Of a DNA stretch of 64,000 nucleotides, positions 56,204 to 64,000 are shown one piece after another. The notes beneath the pieces are model-generated. The model had not been told where the DNA came from. It was given only the letters and a program-made list of their open reading frames with translations, and ran no database searches. The translations under genes were made by a program, and so were the position numbers. The stretch's first letter is position 1. Each line of letters starts with the position of its first letter. The DNA is from Antedon mediterranea (taxonomy: Eukaryota; Animalia; Echinodermata), in assembly GCF_964355755.1 (NCBI RefSeq), contig NC_092671.1, positions 14,508,001-14,572,000 on the forward strand, written 5' to 3'.

Positions 56204-58945
56204 ATGATTCAAACAAGTATGTATTGATATTCTGTGCATATAAACAGATATATGAATCTTGTAATGTTATTTTTACATTTCAAATGTTCAGGCTACCTCA
56301 GCTATAACAGGCTACAGGGAACATTTTCGCCAGTGTAGCGTAGCAAAAAGCTATACAAAACAACCTTATTGCTACACATTTTGAAAATTGTGTAGCAAAA
56401 AATACAATACAAAACTATGTTTCTCGACTTAAAAATCAGTTTGATTAGCAATATTGCTAAACAAAATTTTTAAATGAAAATTTTCCCTGGGCTACGATAG
56501 TGTCTAGCCTCTAGGCCCTAGTTTAATACTGTACATCTTCATCTGTAGTTAGAGAATGTTGTTGGTAACCCATGTGTGGTCAATTCGTACTTTTATGTTG
56601 TGAGCGATTTCAATATTTGCGCAATTAGCAAATTAGATTACTAGGCCTATAAAAAATACAAATATATCATATTAATAATTGAATTGGAATGTCATTTTTT
56701 TTTGCTCTGTATGCGAGTCTCTTTCTGATATATTAAATCAGGCATATTAAATACTTTATTATGATTTATAAATAATAAGAAATATATGTATTTTCAATAA
56801 TAATTGTTTTTGTTACAGAACAATTTTTACTTTTCCAACGCAGTGTTCATCTGGGAAGAATTTGTAAATCAGCAGAGAAAAGTAACTTAGCTAAACTAAG
56901 AAAGAAAACTGGTTTCACGTTTGTTAATTGTAAAAATGCTTTAAAGCAGTTCAACAATGACTTGGCAAAGGTAAAAATATATTCTACCTTTATTTAACTT
57001 TACCAACTGTACAGAACATGCTCATGAAATAGGCTGTAAACTTTCCCTAATATAATTTCTCTTTCTTTTACCCATATTTATTTGTATGTTTGTCTTGTCT
57101 TCGTCCATACTTAGTCTCTTGCGTAGTGTATGTACCATCTGTAACCCCTGTTTGTCTCTGTCTATGAACATTTGATACAAATTTTTTATAACAACTTTTT
57201 TCCTGGTGGAACCTGTCTTAAAACTTATTTGAGTTTCTCCAGATACAAGGCATTTACTATTAATTTGATTCATATTCTGTTAACATATTTTGAATTTTGC
57301 TTTGTGTAAATGAATGAATGAATGTTTTTGTTTTTTAAAAGGCTGAAGAATGGCTGTACAAGCAAGCTGAAAAGGAGGGTTGGAGTAAAGCTACTCGTTT
57401 ACAAGGACGTGAAACAGCTCAGGGACTGGTAGCAATATTATGTCAAAATAACTATGCTGCTATGGTGGAGGTCTGTAAAGCTCTGTCTACACTATCAAAC
57501 AAACAAAAAAATGTGATGTGCCCATATATGAACACGATGATTATATATCACTACCACATTTAGGCACATCACACTTTTTTTTGTCAAACTACTTTAATAG
57601 TGTAGACAGAGCATTACAGAGTTGCTGCAACCTAAATTATATTGGGTTGATTATTTGAGGTTGCATGCATACAGTATGTACTGTAGAGAACCAGTGTGTT
57701 ATATTGAGGAAGAAATAAATAGAATTTTAGGTAAAATCATAAATCATAACAGAAACAAATATAAATTGTTATTAATTTTTCTATCATAACAGGTGAATTG
57801 TGAAACTGACTTTGTAGCCAGGAATTCTGATTTTCATACATTTGTTGGTAAAGTGGCATCCATGGCTTTAAGACAACACATAAATAAAAATGCTGAAATA
57901 AAAAAAGTTGGCAAGGTAATGTTTTTAAATTCTGATTTAAGAATTGGCATTATTGCATCACTATTTTTAGACCTCATCAATAAATTATTTAGATACTCCT
58001 GTTTTGAACTAATAACAAATTGCCCCAAGATATTAAATATTGAAGTAATTAATGTGTATATATAATGTCAGTTTGCTCTAAAAAAAAAAGTGAAGCACTA
58101 ATATGCTTGAATAAATATGTTACTTTAAAATTACTTGCAGAGTGAATTGTCAGGGGATAAGTTAAATGGTTTGAAAGACAGCAACACTACATTGAAAGAC
58201 ATTACAGCATTAGCTATTGGGAAGATCGGTGAAAATTTAACAATAAAACGTGCAGTCTGTTTGCATGTTCCCCCTGGACATATATTGGGCAAGTACAGTT
58301 TTTGATGCAATATTTTTATACACCCCAACCCCCATAATGTATATTCAACATGCATTTCTAGTTAAAATTGTGTTTGATTTACAGGAAACTATGTTCATTC
58401 TATCGCACAAACGTCCGTCTTAAATACAAATGACTGTTCACTTGGGAAATATGGAGCACTCATAGCTGCCGAAAGCATCAAAGAACCATCTCTGAAATTG
58501 CAACCTGCTGCCATGGGCAGGAGGCTATGTCAGCACATTGTTGGCATGAAGCCACTAACGATAGGTGAATTCATACCACCTATACAGAATATACAACAGG
58601 AAGGTACGTAGAAAAGCCTGTTTTCTCAACTATAAAACTATTCCTTTTCTAAATATCTGAAAATTGTCCACTTCACTGTGGTTCGAGTTTACAGTAGTAA
58701 TTAATAACTAACTTCATACATTCAGTCCTGCAGAGCACTATACTCTCAATACTTTAAAATACTTTCTTTATTCAATCATAGATAAAGAAGATGCAGAAAA
58801 TGTTGAAGAAATAATTGTGACAGAACTTCTAAATCAAGAATATTTGATAGACCCATCTTTAACAGTTGGAGAATTATTATACCAAGAAGGCATCCAAGTA
58901 AATGATTTTGTTCGTTATGAATGTGGACAAAAATTAGAAGATTAA
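56204..58945 (+). CDS. TSFM: Mitochondrial translation elongation factor Ts, ~315 aa
   Basis: Exons 56204-56216 (tentative, phase-compatible), 56819-56970, 57342-57470, 57793-57915, 58141-58288 (GC donor), 58385-58603 and 58782-58945. Motifs [66 protein letters not shown] and DFVRYECG. Confidence 0.93.
57479..57612. mobile_element. MITE family 1, copy 4
   Basis: agctctgtctacactatcaaac...taatagtgtagacagagc, starting 8 nt into a TSFM intron. Confidence 0.8.
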
Positions 58946-59219
58946 ATACCTTGCTTGAAACATGGAGGCTATATATTTCCTACACGATTAAAATAAAACA
59001 GATTTCCATGTGAACAGTTGTATAGTTCAATATCTGAGCATTTGATAGTTTCAAATCTTGATAAATCACAGATTTGTAGGCCAGCCAATACATTACAAAC
59101 CAATCTGTAAATTCAATTTGAATTGATGATTTGAAACATACATACTGTACATACATCAAGTGTTGACGGTGTAAACACATTTATTTAACTGTGGCTTTCC
59201 CATCACCATTTTATAAAAC

Positions 59220-59225
59220 AATAAA
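59220..59225 (+). terminator. Candidate TSFM polyadenylation signal
   Basis: AATAAA about 275 nt after the stop codon. Confidence 0.45.
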
Positions 59226-60852
59226 AAGTGTTTAACTACACATAGAGACATTGTCTTAATAGCTGTTGCATGATTTGTTTACAATAGCATACAGCAACCA
59301 TTAATAACAAAACTGTTATGAAATTGAATACAAAAATATCCAATTATGTACAGTATTGCATTTCCCAATTGGATTAAGTAGTACATCCACCTATCAGTAT
59401 ATTCTTTTAATACTGATCAGAACAAAAAGATACATGTGTATGTTATGTTAAAATAATGTTGGCTAATAATAATCAATTTTGGGTCATATTTTCATCAGTG
59501 AATCTGTCTTTCACACCTGCTCCTATTTATGTTCATTGTTAATGGTTGTTTTCATGACACTCCATGCAGAAATGCGCCAGTATTTTTATTTGATAGCTGC
59601 ATGGTTCGTTGTGAAAACAATCTGACGCAAACCTGGACTGGAGTAGATATGATCTACCTTTTTTTTAAGCTTGAAAAAAAGACAATATTTTCTTTCTATT
59701 TTCACACACTTGGAAGTAAAACACTCAAAATATTAAAGATTATTGAAAATCGTAAATACCATTTGATCACTGGAAAATTCATTCAATGTACTATGGTCCC
59801 TATATTATGTACTATGGTCCCTATATTTTATTTACTATAGTGGTGTTTAACAATAAAAATATTCAAATATCTAAATCTTGGAACTGCATTTTTATATTGC
59901 AAGAAACTTTCTTTTAAAACAGAAACATCCAGAAATAATATACTGTGTATCAATATTCTGCAAGGTTATGATTTTGGTCACTAAACAAATATTTACGCTA
60001 TTATATACAGTAATATCTGTCAACAAGAAAAAACAGTATTACTATGTGTGTAATGTTAGTGATTATACATTATAATCTATGGCCATTTATAGTTTTCTAT
60101 ATAACAAACATTCAGTACTAACCTTATACCAATATATATATATAAAATCAGTCCATTAACACAACTTTCTGTATCACTAAGTATAAAAATTGTCATTTTC
60201 AAAAGCATTACAAATAAACCCCTACCAAAAATATAGCAAAATGAGTTTTTGCATAAATATTCTAAATTTCTCTATATTATCAAAAAGTCGCACATAATAT
60301 ACGTTCGAATAAAAGAGGTATTTAAAGAGTTATTCAAAACAGCACTAAAAATAGATAGAGAAATAGTGTTAGAGCACAGGTGAACACAATACATTGATTT
60401 TCACTAGTTGCACAGTAGAAGATTTTAAAAATAAGGACTGATGATACAGTATGACAACAATACACAGTGTAGTACAGAAGTGGCACTGTGGCTTGGTGAC
60501 TAACATGCTGCTTACCAATCCCACAGTCTGTGGTTCAAATCCTGTAATGGTTTCAAGATGGCGGTGCCATTGCATATAGTGTTTACAATCCATTTTGATA
60601 GCTTCACATTAATCCAAGACTATGTAGTTTTGGGCAATAGTACTAATACCATTTCTTATTAACCTTAACAAGTTTATGGTGGATTTGTAGTACACAGAAA
60701 GTGAAATTACAGAAAAACAAACTGGCTCAGTACAAAAGCACACTCAGATTTACAAAATATTTTTTGTTAGATTCAACACTGAATACTACTAGGAATGATT
60801 TTTATACAGGGATCTTTTACTATACTAATGTATTGATCATAACTATAAGTTC

Positions 60853-62727
60853 TTAGAGGCCGACTTTAAATCGCATGTCCCGAACACGTGCAATCTCGGT
60901 GCTTAAAACTCCCTGCAGTTTGCTGTAGGCAACATCTACATCATTGTTGACAATTTTATGCACAGAATCATTTTGCTCATTAACTGAAAACATATATTAA
61001 TGATATCATTAGTTATATGATTATGAACACAAATGTTTTTCTACAAATTATCTATTATCTACTTCATTGCTATATTAAACTTACTGAATTTGAGTTCTCG
61101 CTGAGCTGTATCAAGCCTCTTCAAAATAGCTTCCTCGCTGTCTGTTTTACGCTCTCTCAATCTTTGTTCCTATTTATATATAATCAAATTACATATCATT
61201 GATTGAATTGAAATATATATTTATACTGGGTAACCTCTTCAGTCAAAGTTGGTGATCAGTGGCTGTGATGTACCGTACTAATACACCGGGGTAACCCCCT
61301 ACTCGTCCCATGGAGTGAGTGAGCCTCGAACCCATGCCGATGTTATGGCTACGTAATTACGGTTCCACCGTCTTAACCGCTCGGCCACTCACTCACTCAT
61401 GTATTGATTAAAACAACATAACAAAGAGTAGTAATTTACAAAAGTCATGTGGCTTCTGTTTATACATTCTATAATTAAATTCCCAGAAAACTGAAATTAA
61501 CATATTCCATCACATACCAGTATCTCAAGGCTTGGTGGGACGATGAATATGTAAATAGGTTTTAAGTCCGTTTTCATGACACTCATCACACCCTGCACAT
61601 CAATATCCAGTATACACATTTTTCTTTCATTTAAAACCTTGCTTACTGCTGCTTTACTATTGACAAAACAGAAAATATTTCATTCAAAAGACATTCAAAT
61701 CATATTTATATTATTATATTAACACATTAGGCATAGAACAGTAATTCTAAACCTCCGGTGATATACTGAAATTTAATTCAATAATTTGAAATGATAAGAT
61801 GAGGAAATCTGTGAGAATGAGAAAAAGTCACTCCAACCGAATCCGGACCTTCTGCTTGATAATGTCCTAACCAATAGTTCAAACCCGATTGGATAGCGAC
61901 TCTTTAATATTCTCGGTGTGATTCAATATATATATAGTGGAATTGAACAAGCAGGTTTATTATAATAATATATTTTTGTCTGTGCACCCAGAAGGTACTG
62001 CAAGACTTCAGTTAATGCCTTGTAAGGTTGCACTCTGAAGATAGGTAAAAACTTGCTTGCATTAAAGCTCAAAATAATTTCTCTGGAATTCTGGACTGTT
62101 TGACAAAAATCCACAAACTAGTACACTAATGTATTACTGTACTAGCTTTTAGTTTAGACACCTTGTTCCATATAGGTTGCCAGAAAATTCTGCATGTTCA
62201 ATAAATTCTCCTCTTCCAATAGCTGATAGCATGTCTTCTCTGGTTATAAAATGATAATCTGAGAACACATAAATATTTCTTAATTAACTATTATATTAGA
62301 AATACACAATATGCATGAAAAACAATATATTTAAATTTAATAAAGTAATGTAGCTATCACATCACAAGGAACAGTATATCTCTGTATCTGAATAATATTG
62401 TTATTAAAACAACATACCTTTTCCATCAACCTCTGAACCTCTTACTTTTCTTGTGGTATCTGATGAAAGAAAATATATCTACAATTGATTACATTTAAAA
62501 CAAAATAATAAACTACAGGCCAAATGGTGTGTAACAAACAAAATAGCTTAGGGGTTAAAAGTATTGAACACATAAAAAAGTACAATTAAAAAATATTAAA
62601 GCTACTTACGACTGACTGAAAAACCAAATATATCTTTATAATCGTCCATGAGTTTTTTAATTAAAGTACTTTTGCCTGCTCCAGATGGTCCACAAAACAC
62701 ACAAGGAGATGGGGGATTGTTTGCCAT
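60853..62727 (-). CDS. GUK1: Guanylate kinase, 6 coding exons, ~203 aa
   Basis: Exons 62727-62610, 62459-62418, 62258-62162, 61656-61518, 61169-61085 and 60983-60853 (612 nt). P-loop GPSGAGKST, plus [44 protein letters not shown] and IVNNDVD. A splice acceptor just upstream of the ATG implies an earlier exon. Confidence 0.94.
61225..61399 (-). mobile_element. tRNA-derived SINE-like element in a GUK1 intron
   Basis: The minus strand reads gagtgag-TGGCCGAGCGGTTAAG (A box)...GGTTCGAGGC (B box)-tcactcactcca. It has no canonical anticodon arm and continues into non-tRNA sequence. Confidence 0.6.
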
Positions 62728-62946
62728 TTTCGACACCTGACGTTTAGGTATTAATATTACTAAAAGATGAGATAATAGATTCAAGATTCTAGTTATTGCT
62801 AAAATAATAATAATAAAAAAAATAAACTTAGATAAGATAATTGTTTTTTCACTGTAGATAATGTTGTTATTTAGCATGTGTTGTATTCTTTTCCGCAACA
62901 AGAAGACAAATTTCATACAGTACTATTTTGGTTTGTATGGCAATAA

Positions 62947-63088
62947 AAGATCTGTATTTGTATCTGTATAACATTACATGACATTTTTGGAATAAGATCT
63001 GTATCTGTATCTGTATAACATTACATGACATTTTTGGAATAAGATCTGTATCTTATTTGTATAACATTACATGACATTTTTGGAATAC
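62947..63088. repeat. Tandem repeat, ~47 bp x 3
   Basis: aagatctgtat...tgtataacattacatgacatttttggaat occurs three times. Confidence 0.85.
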
Positions 63089-63194
63089 CATGATTACATA
63101 ATATATCCATATCAAATAAAGAAGCTTAATCTAAGAAATAAGATAACAAAAAAAAAAGATTTGAAGTTTTTTTTTTAATAATGAAATATAATTA

Positions 63195-63530
63195 ATATCA
63201 AAATGTTAAATCATGATAACAGATTACAATAATAATTAAAGGAGATACTCTCATGATGATTACTACAATATAAAAAACACAAGAATTTACTATATTAGAA
63301 TATATTATATAGAATATATTATACTAAAAAAATGTAAAGATGACAGAATAGATTCAATTTATTGCCACGTAAAATTTGTTTTCAATAATGAATAATAATA
63401 TTAAAATTTTAATCATGATAACATATTACAATAATAATTAAAAGGAGAGAATACTCTCATAATGATTACTTCAACAAAACATGTGCATTTACTATATTAA
63501 GAATATTATACTAAAAAAAGTACAGTATGA
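63195..63530. repeat. Diverged ~200-bp tandem duplication
   Basis: aatcatgataaca.attacaataataattaaa...tactctcat.atgattact occurs twice. Confidence 0.7.
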
Positions 63531-64000
63531 TCAATGCACAAGTAATTATATAGAGTGGATTTCTGAAACCTCGTTCATGATTAACAATTAATTACATAAC
63601 AAGTTCACTCTCAGATAATTGTCAGTATTTGATCCATAAGTTTTACCAATCAAGCATACTGTATACGGTAGATAACTTTTCATTAAAATCAAATTAAAAT
63701 TAGTTTTAATGTAATATAAAATTGCGCATACTAAACATAGCAAATTGATTGAAAGTAGACTTGCTTCATACAGAACATTAAACATCATATGAAAAGGACA
63801 ATGATAATAAACAAAGTTTTTTCATGTAAACAAAAAATAAATAAAATGGTTGAAATAAAAAGACGTAGTGCTGAATGTATTATTATTTTACATTAGACGT
63901 TTACTATATTTACTGTGGATAGTAATAAAATTACAGTATGCCATATACAAAAACCAACTTAAAATATTATTATAATTTCTTAATATATTTGTAATTGAAG

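Noticed and set aside
60480-60570. Second tRNA/SINE-like segment (GGTTCAAATCC)
   Set aside because: B box only, with a poor A box; too degenerate to call.
61305-61399. Functional tRNA gene
   Set aside because: A and B boxes are present but there is no proper anticodon arm; better explained as a SINE head.

Overview
AT-rich, intron-containing animal genomic DNA, probably from an invertebrate deuterostome such as an echinoderm (the taxon is a guess). I reconstructed five spliced genes by hand: the 3' end of USP47 (+), a complete Wnt9 (-), a complete GOSR2/membrin (-), mitochondrial EF-Ts TSFM (+) and guanylate kinase GUK1 (-). The most unusual part is 40.5-56.1 kb. Two related, non-coding, Foldback/MULE-like elements of about 7.8 kb each lie in opposite orientation 19 bp apart. 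They sit inside what would otherwise be a roughly 330-bp GOSR2/TSFM head-to-head promoter. Each element has mirror-image arms built from tandem 106-bp or 101-bp hairpin-containing units, and the hairpin half-site matches the palindrome in that element's own terminal inverted repeat (TIR). Nested inside are telomere-repeat-tipped palindromes, a foldback with 15-bp repeats, a Helentron-like element, a LINE-like tail and a minimal hammerhead-ribozyme motif that also occurs at 8.2 kb. The Wnt9-GOSR2-GUK1 linkage resembles the two human WNT9 paralogous regions. All calls come from reading the sequence and comparing it with remembered protein sequences; no searches were run.
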